Program-made: the position numbers and the translations under genes | Shown here: one piece after another, positions 33,867 through 45,716 of the stretch | Layout of the letters: each line of letters begins with the position of its first letter | Numbering within the stretch: position 1 is the stretch's first letter | Notes under the pieces: model-generated | What the model saw: the letters and a program-made list of their open reading frames with translations, nothing else | What the model was told of the DNA's origin: nothing | The model's database searches: none | Source: Eukaryota sp. TZLM1-RC | Lineage: Eukaryota; Protista; Metamonada: BaSk clade | Length of the DNA: 64,000 nt | NCBI GenBank assembly: GCA_040285825.1 | Contig: JAUPSS010000009.1 | Coordinates: 310,001-374,000, forward strand | Reading direction: 5' to 3'

Positions 33867-35003
33867 ATGAAACGCAATTGTGTATGTGTACTAGGGCCCA
33901 CTGCCTCGGGAAAGTCAGATCTTGCGATTTCTATTGCACAGCACCTTAATGGCTGTGTTGTCAATTGTGACATAATGCAGACCTACAATGGATGTCCTAT
34001 TGCTACCAATCACCCTTCTCATGAAGACTTTCTCACCGTTCAACACCAGCTTTTTGGTGTGGCACCACCATTCGACAACTGGGACATTCACAATTACAAA
34101 CATCATTTCTTTGACATTCTGAACAGCACAGACTCTCTTCCTGTCGTTACTGGAGGTTCATTTTACTACTTGGAAGCTGTTCTATTTCAGCAAGATCTCA
34201 ATGTCGACCTCAAGTCTTCTGCTAATCTTCCCTCATGGCGACATTCTGATGGAGACTGTTACTCTTTTCTTTGCAAGGTAGACCCTGACTTTGCGAAAAC
34301 AGTTCATCCAAAAGATACTAGGAAAGTATTATCAGCAATCAACCATATAAACAAAGGAATTCTGCCTTCCAAGCTTGAACAAAGCCGTCGGGAGAGGGTT
34401 TTACGAATGAATCCTGTTATTATATGGCTGGATTGTAGTGATGAAGTTTTATTTGAACGAATAAGAAATAGAGTGGATTTGATGTTAGAAAAAGGCATAG
34501 TTGAAGAAGCTCTTGAAATCGCCAGAGTTGCCCAGGATCATTTTGGAGAACTTTCACCAAATATATTTGAATCTGGAATTCTTCAGTCCATTGGGGTAAA
34601 AGAGTTGGTGAATGGATTTAGAGAACTTGGAATCAATCTAGATGATCCACCTGGTAATTTAAGAGAGCTCACAAGACCTTATCTGGAAGAAATAAAAACA
34701 TCCACAATTAGATATGTTAAAAGACAACGTGTTTGGTTTAATTCAAGACTTGCCAATTGTGGATTACCTGTTTTCTGTGTTCATAGTGATGTTGATGTAA
34801 AGTTATTATGTGCCTCTATTCAAGAGACATTTGCTAGTTTTGAATTTCCTTTTTCTTGTCCTTTGAGAAAAGAGAAGGTTTGTTATTGTGAAATTTGTGA
34901 TGTTTTTGTGCATACTGAAGCACAAATGCAAATTCACGTGAAATCAAAGGTTCATTATAAGAGACAACGTTCTAAACGTCGCCTTGAGAGTAAATTAAAT
35001 TGA
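33867..35003 (+). CDS. TRIT1: tRNA dimethylallyltransferase (isopentenyltransferase) with C-terminal zinc finger
   Basis: Motifs 'GPTASGKS', 'NCDIMQTY', 'VVTGGSFYY', 'QSIGVKE', 'YVKRQRVW' and the eukaryote-type finger 'CEIC..HVKSKVH'. Confidence 0.92.
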   Translation: MKRNCVCVLGPTASGKSDLAISIAQHLNGCVVNCDIMQTYNGCPIATNHPSHEDFLTVQHQLFGVAPPFDNWDIHNYKHHFFDILNSTDSLPVVTGGSFYYLEAVLFQQDLNVDLKSSANLPSWRHSDGDCYSFLCKVDPDFAKTVHPKDTRKVLSAINHINKGILPSKLEQSRRERVLRMNPVIIWLDCSDEVLFERIRNRVDLMLEKGIVEEALEIARVAQDHFGELSPNIFESGILQSIGVKELVNGFRELGINLDDPPGNLRELTRPYLEEIKTSTIRYVKRQRVWFNSRLANCGLPVFCVHSDVDVKLLCASIQETFASFEFPFSCPLRKEKVCYCEICDVFVHTEAQMQIHVKSKVHYKRQRSKRRLESKLN

Positions 35004-35007
35004 TTTT

Positions 35008-35041
35008 CTCTATTTATCTATTTATCTATTTATCTATTTAT
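35008..35041. repeat. 8-bp microsatellite (TCTATTTA) x about 4 between convergent genes
   Basis: Directly visible; overlaps the stop codon of the minus-strand gene. Confidence 0.75.
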
Positions 35042-35594
35042 GCTGGCGTTTTCTTGGTTCCACAGATATCCCCGATGCTTCAGTCTGCTCTGTAGTATCA
35101 TATCCTTGTATGTGCTTTCGATTACTATGAGCCAACAATCTGTGAAACTCTTCTTTCATGGAACGACTGATAATAACATTTGGTACTATCTTTTTGTCAG
35201 CTGCTTCTTGTACAGAGGGTACATCTTTTGAGTCTATACTTTCTGGGAAAAACCAAACTGACTGACAATTGTTCATTGCTGCTGTGGACAGGATTGAAGT
35301 AGGAGATTCATCAGTGTTTAGCACATAGATGATTGATGATCTCCCCAGCTGGGGTCGTTTAGCAAGAAGAGCTCTCAATGAAGGCTGTACCTCTTCATCA
35401 AAAACAGGATAGCGTTCTCCGCTTTTGTTGATTGGCCATATCTTGAATCTGCCTGTCTCATGGAGGTATCTTGGTTCAGTACCGAAAGGTTTTTCTTCAG
35501 GATTGTTTGAGCAACCTAAGACAATGATGTTCTTGCAATTTTCAAATAGTTCAATGATCCAGGCATCACTCTTACCATCTAATGCAACCGACAT
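35034..35594 (-). CDS. CoA-binding protein (YccU/CoA_binding_2-like Rossmann fold)
   Basis: 'KNIIVLGCSNNPEEK..RYLHETG.FKIWPIN' and 'SVWF', with a size typical of prokaryotic YccU proteins. Confidence 0.7.
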   Translation of the reverse strand: MSVALDGKSDAWIIELFENCKNIIVLGCSNNPEEKPFGTEPRYLHETGRFKIWPINKSGERYPVFDEEVQPSLRALLAKRPQLGRSSIIYVLNTDESPTSILSTAAMNNCQSVWFFPESIDSKDVPSVQEAADKKIVPNVIISRSMKEEFHRLLAHSNRKHIQGYDTTEQTEASGISVEPRKRQHK

Positions 35595-35876
35595 TGTGAT
35601 TTGTCGTTATTTTTTTGAAAGTTTAGCTTGCAGATCGTACTGTAAATGATGAAGAAATCCTCAGTTAATTGTTAGAATTTGTATTACACTGTTCCTTTCA
35701 TCTCACACCAGATCTATTCAGTAAACCAGTCTCTCTGAACAGTCACAATTCAAGAACATTGCAGATGTGATTTCTCTTGCATTACAAACTATTACATAGA
35801 TGTACCTTTTAAAATCAAAAAAAGGTTATAAAAACAATTTATAAAACCATTCTAAAATTACAATTCAATCTAATAA

Positions 35877-36393
35877 TTACGACAATGACCAAAAGTCAGT
35901 TACTCTGGGAGCCTTTGAAAACGTTCCTCCAAGACTGCTAGGGGACTGAGGCTTGACTTTAGTTGGGCTATACTTGGCAGGGCCCGGACTGCATGATTGA
36001 TGTTGCAGATAACGCCTACAATGAGTTATAGTGGAAAATAACATACATTCTATCGTCTTGAGAGAAGGAGGCAGTGCGGGTGGGGCTTAGATCTTGGGGT
36101 TTGTACTTGGGACCAGGAGAGCGCATGTTCTTCTCGATCATACGTTGTCGGAGTTCCTCGCTGGAAAGAGCTGGCACACGGGTGCCGCCAGGAGTACGAG
36201 GAGTCTTGGGTGATGTGGAGGAGTTGAGAGCGGAGTGAGGACTGCGTGGACTATAGCGAGGGGAAGTGGGTTTAGTGTCTATCGAGATCTTGCGATGGGG
36301 ACTCTTCTGTGGTGTTTGAAGGTTTAAAGAGTGGCCTCCCTCAACCAACTGACTGAACTGACCATATATAGGAGAAGGAACGTTTGTATTCAT
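35877..36393 (-). CDS. Small Ser/Pro-rich protein with SHIPPO/ODF3-like PGP repeats; 31-nt intron 36046-36016
   Basis: 'SPGPKY' and, after splicing GTATGT...CTCATTGTAG, 'SPGPAKY...TFSKAPR' to TAA at 35877. Confidence 0.7.
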
Positions 36394-37050
36394 AATAAAT
36401 GTTGAGAAATATCTTTTTTTTTTCTAAAACTGGAATATTTATTGAGATAAAAAAACCCATCTAGAATTCAATATCCTCCAAACAAGCGTCACTATTACTG
36501 AACCTACTCACAGCATTACGTTCATATTCTACACCAATAGCTAAAAGTGCCTTTGAAATCATTGTTGGAATAGACTTGAAAATGCAAAAAACAATTCTAT
36601 TTATCCAGAAAGTGGAGTTCATTGTTTTACCAGACCTATTCAGTAACACTTTTTTAAAATTTTCAAAAAAGTGCAACCCTGAAGGTCCAATATTGCCAAA
36701 CAGAGAAATTGCAAACAGCACAAACTGATATTTCACATGTGTCCACTCTACCTAACTGTGCCAAAGGTTCTTCATATTTTTTTATCTTCTTTTTTTCGGC
36801 GTTAGATAACGGCGAATCAGCGGAATACACTAGACGAGCAGCAGAATTTTTGCAAACATCAACTGAGACAACATCTACAACATTGAGAACACCATCGATC
36901 CCTGGAGCTACTAAATCTGCCCTTCTTTTACCAAAGGAATAAGGAATCATCCGTTTGATCTGAAGACAGCTTACGTACTAGTGGCTCAATAAATGCCTCT
37001 ATATTGAAACTTTTGCACATGGCATATAATTGATCACGAACTGAGTCATG

Positions 37051-37171
37051 TGTAGGTATCTCACTAGTGAGTACCTAAGTATATAGAATAACATTAAATA
37101 AAATTATCTTTATCTTAACCCGCCTTAACTAACCCATACATACACAGCTAGCATAATGCCTAACGGCAACA
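37051..37171 (+). repeat. 5' LTR
   Basis: Matches 43819-43939 apart from one A/C difference that I could see. Confidence 0.95.
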
Positions 37172-37308
37172 ATAATTATTGTGCGTCACAGGCACACCAC
37201 ACACCAAACAGCAACAGCGCTGTAAACAACAAAAAGATGTCTGGGGTATGTCAGACATCTCTCAGAGGAGACCTTTCTAACCCTCCTCTTTACATAATTT
37301 CGAGTACA

Positions 37309-40110
37309 ATGAGTGCTCCAACAAAGGAAACGAGTACCCCTCCTTCCTCAACGAGTTCGGATGTAGTTCATCCCACTCCTGGTCAAACGAGTTCGAGTTT
37401 TTCACACTCCACTCATAGTACGACAAGTTCGGGTGGAAACCCCACTACCATTCACACGAGCGGAGATCCTCGACTCCCTCCTCCAAATCCGAGTTCGGGT
37501 CAAAACCCCACTCCTAACCAAACTCTTTCGGAGGTAACCCCTCCCACCCAAAACGCCCATTCAACGGCTACCACAGCCCTGACTACGGCCAAGGTCTCGC
37601 AGGATAAACCTCCTGCCACTGACCCAGAATTAGAAGCGCTACTTGCCACTTTCTCAAAAGAAGAAAGTGAGAAACAAGAGCCAACAGACTTTGTGGAGTC
37701 TCTCCCTTCAGATACGTCCCTGTACCCAGACTTAGAAAACTGTGTTTCGGTACAAACGTTAAACGAGACTTTAGAAGGATTCAGGGAAGTTCCCCTCACC
37801 TCACAAGTCCTTAAAGACTCTGTAGAGCTTCTTGACCAAGAAAGCAAGGAGTTGACGGGTTGACCTGCTGAACGCAGAATACGACTATCCCCACTAGACT
37901 TTTCCTATAGATCCATCATGTCCAAGCCTCGCGCCGACAGATTCGATTTTATTGGAAGAAAGGCCACCCTCGATGTATATGATTTTAGAATACGGTGGTT
38001 GGAGGTCATGGAGTATGGTCGAGACTTCTCTAACAATTTGGATGGACCCGAGAACATACACCTCCTGCCAGACTGGTTTAGGCCAGGTCTGGACAAAATT
38101 TATGAAGTCAACAGCGTATCTGGAATGGATTATACGGTAGTAAGAGAGGTTTACGAATGCTACCCATCGTCATCAAACCCTGATCTCGTTGAGATGAGAC
38201 CCGCATCTCAGCCGTTCAGGCTAATTTTCGTCGAACAAGGAGTCACCTTCAAACGAGATCATGCCAACATGAAAACGGCAGTCATCTCCACCTATAGGTC
38301 TCCCCCCCCCCCCAACCACCACAATGTACAAATTGGGGACACTTGGGTCAATAACAAGGCTTTCGCCTTCACCCCAATATTAGGTATAGAGGATACGCCT
38401 TTCCAAAGCATTAGACCTTTCAGGCCATCCATTCAACTCAACATTCAAGAGGAACCGAAACCTCTTCAGAAACTACAAATTGACCAACTACCGCAGCCTG
38501 GTAATCAGGACATTTCTATGGAAGTCCTCACCATCCAACCATCGGACACATCTGTCCCAATGGAAGAATCGACCTCACGTCAAACAGGTCCAGGATTGAG
38601 CAGACAAGATCTCTCTTCATCTCGGTCAGATACATCATCTGGAATTCATGACCCTCGACAAGTCCTAGATTTAAACTTACAATCCCACGTTGGATACCAT
38701 TATAGAACAAAGGCTGTAGAACACGAAACGCTCCATGAGCCCCCCAGACTCGAGTTCCCAGAAACTCAAATGAAAATAGTACATTTCCTACTGGAATTCG
38801 CTCTCTGGGACAATACAGGCAGAGGAGGAACGACAAACGTCGATACAATAGAAATGCCTCAAACAAGTTCAGCTCAGCAACAGAAACAAATAGCTGACAT
38901 GGTCAACAGTCTATCTCAGTTACTAGCAATACAGGGAGGCGCTACAACCGAGATACAACAACAAATAGATTCGTTAAAGTCTCAGCTCGAGTCGCTTCGG
39001 ACGCCCAAAATTTACAGAATAGACCCCAACTTCATTCAGAAAATAGGGCCACCTATTCACGCATACGACCTCTTCAGGTCCATCTTAGCGACAACCAACC
39101 CCGTGGGAATTTCGGGTTGCATTAGCGCAAGGATAATTTCCTTTTGGAAACAGCAACAGATCCTTAGCATGGAACCTACAGACGCAGAAATTCTACTGCT
39201 TCTTTGTAGGAGGAGCCAATTCAACTCGCTCCACGACGCCAAACTAGCTCTCCACAAACCCCAATTCAATTGGCGTAAAGTCAATTCAATCGAAGACGCG
39301 GAAAGGGAGTTCGCTATATACATGGAAAATTTTGGAGACATCCTGAGAATGTCGACATACATCACTGATGTATCAGCCAGGATCGAAGATGTGGTTCACT
39401 CGAGCGGAGTATTCACTCTTCCAATGTCAACAGTGGCTCATGCCTTTTTAACAGGCATTAACAACTTGGCCTTCACTGAGCCACTGTTCGAAGAATTTTG
39501 CAAAGAGAGCTACTGGAAGGACAAGCTAGTGAGCTTCCCCAAATTAACAAGGAAGGTAAGAAATGACCTATTAACTTGGATGAAGGTTGCACAAAATAGG
39601 GAAACGGTCCAGCTATTGAGGAAAGCTGCGTCCAGACCCAAGATAGAAACAGGTGATTTCCACACCTCAGCAGGAAAAAAGAGAACAAGCCAACCAGACT
39701 CATCCATCCCAAATCTAAAAAAAGAGAAACATTACAGAGGGGGCCACAAATTCTGCACCTTCTGTCAGAAGGCTGGTCATGTAATTACAGAATGTGAAGA
39801 CCCCGGATGTACCAGATCTCTGGTCCCATTAGACCAACGAAGAAGCGCCGGCAGAAGTAGAGGCCGAGGAAAACCATTTAGAGGTAGTTATGATAGTTTC
39901 AAAAATAGTCAAAGAGGCCATAGCAGAGGCCAAGGTAGATTTAGGGGCCGAGGTGGCCGTGGTACGAGAGGAAATAAACATCGTGCATATATGTTTCATA
40001 TACACCAATCATCGCACGCTACAGCTCCCGAATTGAGCCATACTTATACAACCAGCCAATCGGAACATCCAGCTCAAGCATCCCTCTTAAATCCACTCTC
40101 TTTCAAATAA
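37309..40110 (+). CDS. gag: Gag polyprotein, interrupted by one in-frame TGA at 37861
   Basis: Track ORFs 37156..37863 and 37918..40110 share a frame with an open spacer. CCHC knuckle 'CTFCQKAGHVITEC' and an RG-rich tail. Start codon tentative. Confidence 0.75.
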
Positions 40111-43100
40111 TGATAATAAAGTAGATAAATATTTGAGTTTAAACAGTTTAGAAAGAGATTTATGCAATCGAGCAGATGAATCTGCACCTTGTATGAACCA
40201 CAACAGATCCAAGCAGCCTCAGTTCTTAGAGCTTCAGGTTAGAATCAACGATACGGTCATAAAAGGCATGATAGACACAGCTGCATTTTGTTCTGTCATT
40301 TCCCTCGACCTAGCAAATCGGTGTTCAATGTCCATAAATGAAAACGATATAACACAATTCATCCCTGCTAGCAATGTATCAACGAATTCGCTTGGAAGTG
40401 CACAAGGCATTCTGACGTTCAATGTTGGCAGCATCGCGAACCAAGTATCAATAAATCATACTCTCCCCATTATACCAGGTTCGAACAAATTTTTAATTGG
40501 GGTAGACATGTTACAACAACTTGGGCTACTGACATCTGACCGTTTAGTTATTTTACTAGACGAAGAGCGCCGCACCCTGCTAAATGCTGAAGCCATTTTT
40601 GATAACAGAATTAAAACTCACCAAACTGGCCACGTAGAATCAACTTCTTGCAGTGAAGAAGACTTTACTCAGCAATTAGATAGATCTGGATGTGAGATTA
40701 ATTTAGATGATAGTGAGTATAATAAGAGTTTGTCTGATATATTAGCTCAATACAAAGACGTATTCAGCGAAAAGCCCAATAAAGATGGAATCGATTGTCC
40801 ACCCATGACGATCCCCTTCTACAATACTAATACAATTGTACATAAACCAGCTCGGGGCCTCAACCCAAAGAAATTACAAATAGCCAATCAGATTTTTGAT
40901 GAATTGATTGAAATGGGCTATGCAATTGAATCGAACTACAAGTTCAGTTCCCCAATAGTACTAGTGATATACCCTGATGATCGAAAACCCAGGTTGACGG
41001 GCGATTTCAGTGGTAAAGATGGAGTTAACGCTCATACAATTCCGGTCGAGTCTAACTTACCATTAATTTCAGATGTTTTGGAATTTCTGAGTCAGGCCAA
41101 TTTTATTGCCACTTTGGATCTTCCAAAAGCTTTTTGGCAAATGAAAGTAGCCGACGAAGATGTTGAAAAGACATCTATCTCTATTCCTGGCAGATCTATT
41201 ATGTTTAAAAGGGCATGCTTCGGACTAAAGAATATCCCAGCAATTTTTCAAAATGTAATGATGGAAATCTTCCAAATAGAAGGAGTATTTATTTACATCG
41301 ACGACATAATCATAATAGGATCAACCCTTCAAGAATTCTTTGACAGAATACAGAGGGTACTGCAATGCGCAAGGGATAGAAGAGTCAACATTGGATTGAG
41401 AAAATGTAAATTCGTTACTGACAAACAACCAATTGACATTTTAGGCAGCACTTTCCAATTCAAACAAAGAACAATTAGCAAAAAAACGAGTAGATGCTTT
41501 AATAAACATACCTGCTCCAAAAACAATCAAGGAAGTACGGTCATTAGTTGGCTCAGTCAATTTCATAAGAGATTGGCTCCCAAATATTTCACAACTAATA
41601 GCACCCATAAATGAGTTAATTAAGCACAAACAACGTCGTGTAAATTGGGAAGCCAAACACGATCACCTATTAGATCAAATAAAACAACTGATTATTAATC
41701 ACATGCCTCTGGAATTACCTTCACCAGACAAACGCATTCTGATTAGCACCGATGCATCTGACATCGCAGTAGGAGGAGTCATTTGGCAAGAAGTCGCACC
41801 TTATGCACCCATTGGAACTGCATTAAAAGATAGGAAAGTAACACCAATCTCCTTTTATAGTAGGATTTTAACCGATACTCAAAAGCGTTGGTCTACTTTA
41901 CAAAAAGAACTATATGCGATACTATTAATACTAACAGAAAGTCATCTGGAAAGCTTTCTCATTACCAGACATCTGACCATTTTCACAGATCATAGGAATA
42001 TTGCATTCCTCGCCACGGCTCCTGAAAAGAACAGAATCGTCAAAAGATGGTTACCTATCTTATCAGAATTTGACTTTGATATCGTACACGAAAAAGGAGA
42101 AGATAATCACTGGGCTGACATGATGTCAAGAAACATAGATACAAATTTAGAAAACCCGGAAATAAATCACATCAACTACCCACATGATCCCTTTTGGCAC
42201 GGTGAAATACCACCCCCCGACGACGATTCTGATTACGAAGATCCAGATCCAATCCACATTTTCGAATTAGCAAAGCACCCAGATTTACCCATTTTTTCAA
42301 ATTGGCTCTCAAAAGTTAGATCAGAGCAACAACTAGCCATTAGCAATAATGATCCATTATTCAAAAACGATACACTATGCAAAAACACAGAAATATGGTT
42401 AAATAATAATAATAAAATGATAATCCCGACCAAACTAAGAAAAACGGCACTCAACCTAATACACGGTTTAACCCAATCAGGCCACCCTAGCAAAAACGAA
42501 AGTCTTCATAAACTTTCCAAAAGCGATTTCTACTGGCCAAACATGAGAAAAGATCTCATCAAACATATAGAACGTTGTCCCACTTGCCAGAAAACAGCAC
42601 CAGTAAAGCAATCAAAAACTCCCTCAACTGGTTCCCTGTGGGCTAATCGCCCTTTCGCAAGATTAAATGTGGATACAATTGGACCACTCAATAAAGACAA
42701 CAACGATAATAAATATTTACTAGTTTTCGTCGATTCATTTACAAGGTATACAATACTCGTACCTTTAAAAGAACTTAATGCCTTAGAGGTAGCAGATGCT
42801 TTGATATGGAACGTCTGCGCTATTTTTGGCATACCTATGTCTATACATAGTGACAATGGCCCTGAGTTCGCCAACGAAATATTTAAATTGCTTTGCCAAA
42901 GAATGTCAATTGAAATGTCTAAATCAATTCCTTACCATTCTGAAAGCAATGGATTGGTTGAAAGAAAACATCGAGATGTGATACAATGTATAAGGAAATT
43001 ATTAATAGATTACAACGACTATGATTCATGGTCCACATCTGTACCAATAACTCAACTATTAATAAATTCAACCAAAAGTAGGATAACAAATCACACTCCT

Positions 43101-43790
43101 TACGAACTGATGTTTGGGTCAACTATCAGCCCAAGATCAGATCCTGCTAACATCCTAGGAGGCATTTTCGATTTTGAATCCAATGTACCACTTTTGCAAG
43201 ACCTCAAATTTAAGAATAAACGTCTTCAAAAGAGATGGGAAGAAGCAGAGCATCACCAACTATTAAATACACCCAGTCACACGAAAAACATTGATGAAAA
43301 TACATTTAATATTGGTGACTATATCCTTCGAAAGACTAAACAGCCTAATAAATTGCATGGATCTTGGTTAGGCCCATATCTGGTTTTAGAAACCCCTTCC
43401 AACTCCACTTTATTAATAAAGAACCTGACGACTGGTGAACAAACAAAAGTATCTAAGAGGGACTGTAAAATTTATAACGCTGACGATCCTAACGATGTTG
43501 ATCTACTTAGGGCAATCGCAGCCACAGATTCAGGTAAACATGTCATCGAAGAAATCCTTGACGAGTATAATACTGCTCAAGGACCCTTCTGTACTGTGAG
43601 ATGGTTTGGTGGAAGTACTACCGAGGAACCACTCCATTCTATCAGATATTCAGAAGCGTATCAACGATTTAATAAGAAACCAAATAAGAGAAAACGTAAA
43701 TCTATTAAATCCAACAACGCAGCTCGGGCTCTCCCCGTGCCTCAGCAAAAGCGTTATCCGCAGAGGAAGCGGAAGAACAATTGTACATAA
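40091..43790 (+). CDS. pol: Pol polyprotein (protease, RT, RNase H, integrase, chromodomain), with one frameshift at the A7 run 41480-41486
   Basis: PR 'MIDTAA', RT 'LDLPKAFWQ' and 'YIDD', RH 'TDASD..KELYAI..TDH', IN 'H..GH..CPTC' and 'SDNGPEF..NGLVER', chromodomain 'HVIEEILD..FCTVRWFGG.TTEEP'. Confidence 0.92.
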
Positions 43791-43818
43791 TTTTAATTAA
43801 GAAAACGGGAGAAGGTAG

Positions 43819-43939
43819 TGTAGGTATCTCACTAGTGAGTACCTAAGTATATAGAATAACATTAAATACAATTATCTTTATCTTAACCCGCCTTAACTAA
43901 CCCATACATACACAGCTAGCATAATGCCTAACGGCAACA
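43819..43939 (+). repeat. 3' LTR
   Basis: TG...CA, preceded by a polypurine tract and followed by the TSD CATG. Confidence 0.95.
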
Positions 43940-44137
43940 CATGAACAATTGAGCGATAAGTTATAAAATACTTACAGTTAAAAATATGGGAAAGCGTAAC
44001 AACACTCTTGCAGCGACAAATTAAATCATTTGGTAAAGATTCATTGAATTTCGTCCCATTAATTATGAATTAATTTTGTAGGAAGTTCAATAAAAGTTCA
44101 CTAACAACATCTAACTGCATCAAAGTTTACCTCACGG

Positions 44138-45505
44138 ATGCACCATCAATGCCTTGTTGATCAGCTCTGCAACGTCACACATAGCTTTAGACTCTATCTT
44201 CGTGTTCAAAATCCCTCATTAATCAAAATACTCTTTCATAGATTCCTTTTCCTGGCAGCTCTTTACTATTTCATCTCTATGTCTACATCTGCTTATCATT
44301 CTTCTACGTGTACCTTTCATGTACCTGACCTAGAATACTTGTTAGCCACGAACAATATTGTTGAGGTCGACTTTCATGTTCCCTCGTCAAGACCCTCATC
44401 TTCTACCATGGAACTTCTTTTCACATGGCTTCAATCTTTAAAGAATTTCACTCCGTTAGCAGAACTCAAATACTTCCGAAGTTTATTTGCTTCTGTGTTA
44501 CAATTGACAGCACCAAATACTTTTCATAAGAGATTAAATTTTAAAGATTCCAAGTTTTTGTTTGCCAGTGATATTCTGTCTTTACAATTATTTAAAAGGA
44601 ATATTAGCTCATCATTTTCTATTTTAAATCCTATTAATTTCAATTTAACCACAACCAAACTTGATTTCTCAGTTCCGGATTCTTGTACTTCTTTAATTCT
44701 GAGTTCAAAGCTTAATCTTTTATTTGCCTTATCAAACAACATCAAGTCAGGTTTTGTTTTAGACAATTCTGGTTATATTTTGAATGTAGCATTTTATAAT
44801 TCAAAAATTAAGATGATTTTGTTATTTTATTTTAGATTTCAATTTCTGTTTTTACTAGTTTCTTTTCTTTTTCACAAGTTGTATTTTAGATTCTTTGCCC
44901 AAAAAAAGCTATTGATGATACTCAAGGATGCTACAGTACACAATATCGAAATTGATGACTTTGCACAATTGTTTGAATTTTTTAGAAAAGGGTTTAATTT
45001 TATAGATCCTTTTGGACTTCAATTTGGAATTTGCCTAGTTATTTCAAAGTTTTTTGATAATTATTTTTCTGGAATTACCATGAAAGTTTTAATTTCTGCT
45101 ATTCAATTTGCACCTTTTTATTCTATCCTGAGTAGCTGTGGATTTTTCAGCAGGAAATTAAAACATGTTTACACTGCCTTCTTAGTATTCATTGTGCCTC
45201 TACTATCCACTATTTATTTGTTTTTTCCTATCAAAATGAACGTTAATTGTGGTCTTTTTGCACTTTTGCTGTCTATTTCTCTTTATCACTTGTTGTTTTA
45301 CACTTTCGAAGTGACTAGGAAAGAATTAGTTGATCATAATACTGTCATTGATTGCTCTCAACCTTTGCTCATGAATTTGTTTTGTTACAGTTGTAAACAT
45401 CGTTATTTTGAAGGCTCAGTAGAAACATTATCAAATCAGATTGAATTGTATTTCGATTGGATACGTTCTTGTATAGAAGAGGTTGAAAGTGATAGAGAGT
45501 TATGA
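44138..45505 (+). CDS. Hypothetical multi-pass membrane protein
   Basis: 455-aa ORF with several hydrophobic segments; no recognised motif. Confidence 0.55.
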   Translation: MHHQCLVDQLCNVTHSFRLYLRVQNPSLIKILFHRFLFLAALYYFISMSTSAYHSSTCTFHVPDLEYLLATNNIVEVDFHVPSSRPSSSTMELLFTWLQSLKNFTPLAELKYFRSLFASVLQLTAPNTFHKRLNFKDSKFLFASDILSLQLFKRNISSSFSILNPINFNLTTTKLDFSVPDSCTSLILSSKLNLLFALSNNIKSGFVLDNSGYILNVAFYNSKIKMILLFYFRFQFLFLLVSFLFHKLYFRFFAQKKLLMILKDATVHNIEIDDFAQLFEFFRKGFNFIDPFGLQFGICLVISKFFDNYFSGITMKVLISAIQFAPFYSILSSCGFFSRKLKHVYTAFLVFIVPLLSTIYLFFPIKMNVNCGLFALLLSISLYHLLFYTFEVTRKELVDHNTVIDCSQPLLMNLFCYSCKHRYFEGSVETLSNQIELYFDWIRSCIEEVESDREL

Positions 45506-45716
45506 TTTCTTACAATTTATTGTTTTCAGGGTGGTTTGAAATACTATATGAAACAATGACTTATTTCATGGTGAGTTTGCAATAAATCTCATCATTTAAA
45601 CTTTTTTAATGCTTTGCAATTGGAAAAATAGGTTGAAATTATTGAACAGGCAAATTTGAAACTTTGGAACTCTCTCCACCCATCCTCCTCTACTTTTCTC
45701 ACAAGTGACGTTACAT

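Larger units (their letters stand above)
37051..43939 (+). mobile_element. Near-complete Ty3/gypsy LTR retrotransposon with integrase chromodomain
   Basis: 121-bp TG...CA LTRs; 4-bp TSD CATG (37047-37050, 43940-43943); PPT AAGAAAACGGGAGAAGGTAG; domain order gag-PR-RT-RH-IN-CHD. Confidence 0.97.
36435..44040 (-). mobile_element. CRE-like family B remnant (36435-37050 and 43940-44040) split by the Ty3/gypsy element
   Basis: 'LICRCK..HIFNCKYFITYRSIVH' on the right continues on the left as 'DSVRDQLYAMCK..EPLV..RRADL..VVDVVSVDVCK..KKIKKY..RIVF'. Confidence 0.8.

Noticed and set aside
37861-37863. Reassigned genetic code (TGA as a sense codon)
   Set aside because: Host genes end with TGA, TAA and TAG normally; in-frame stops occur only in mobile-element sequences.
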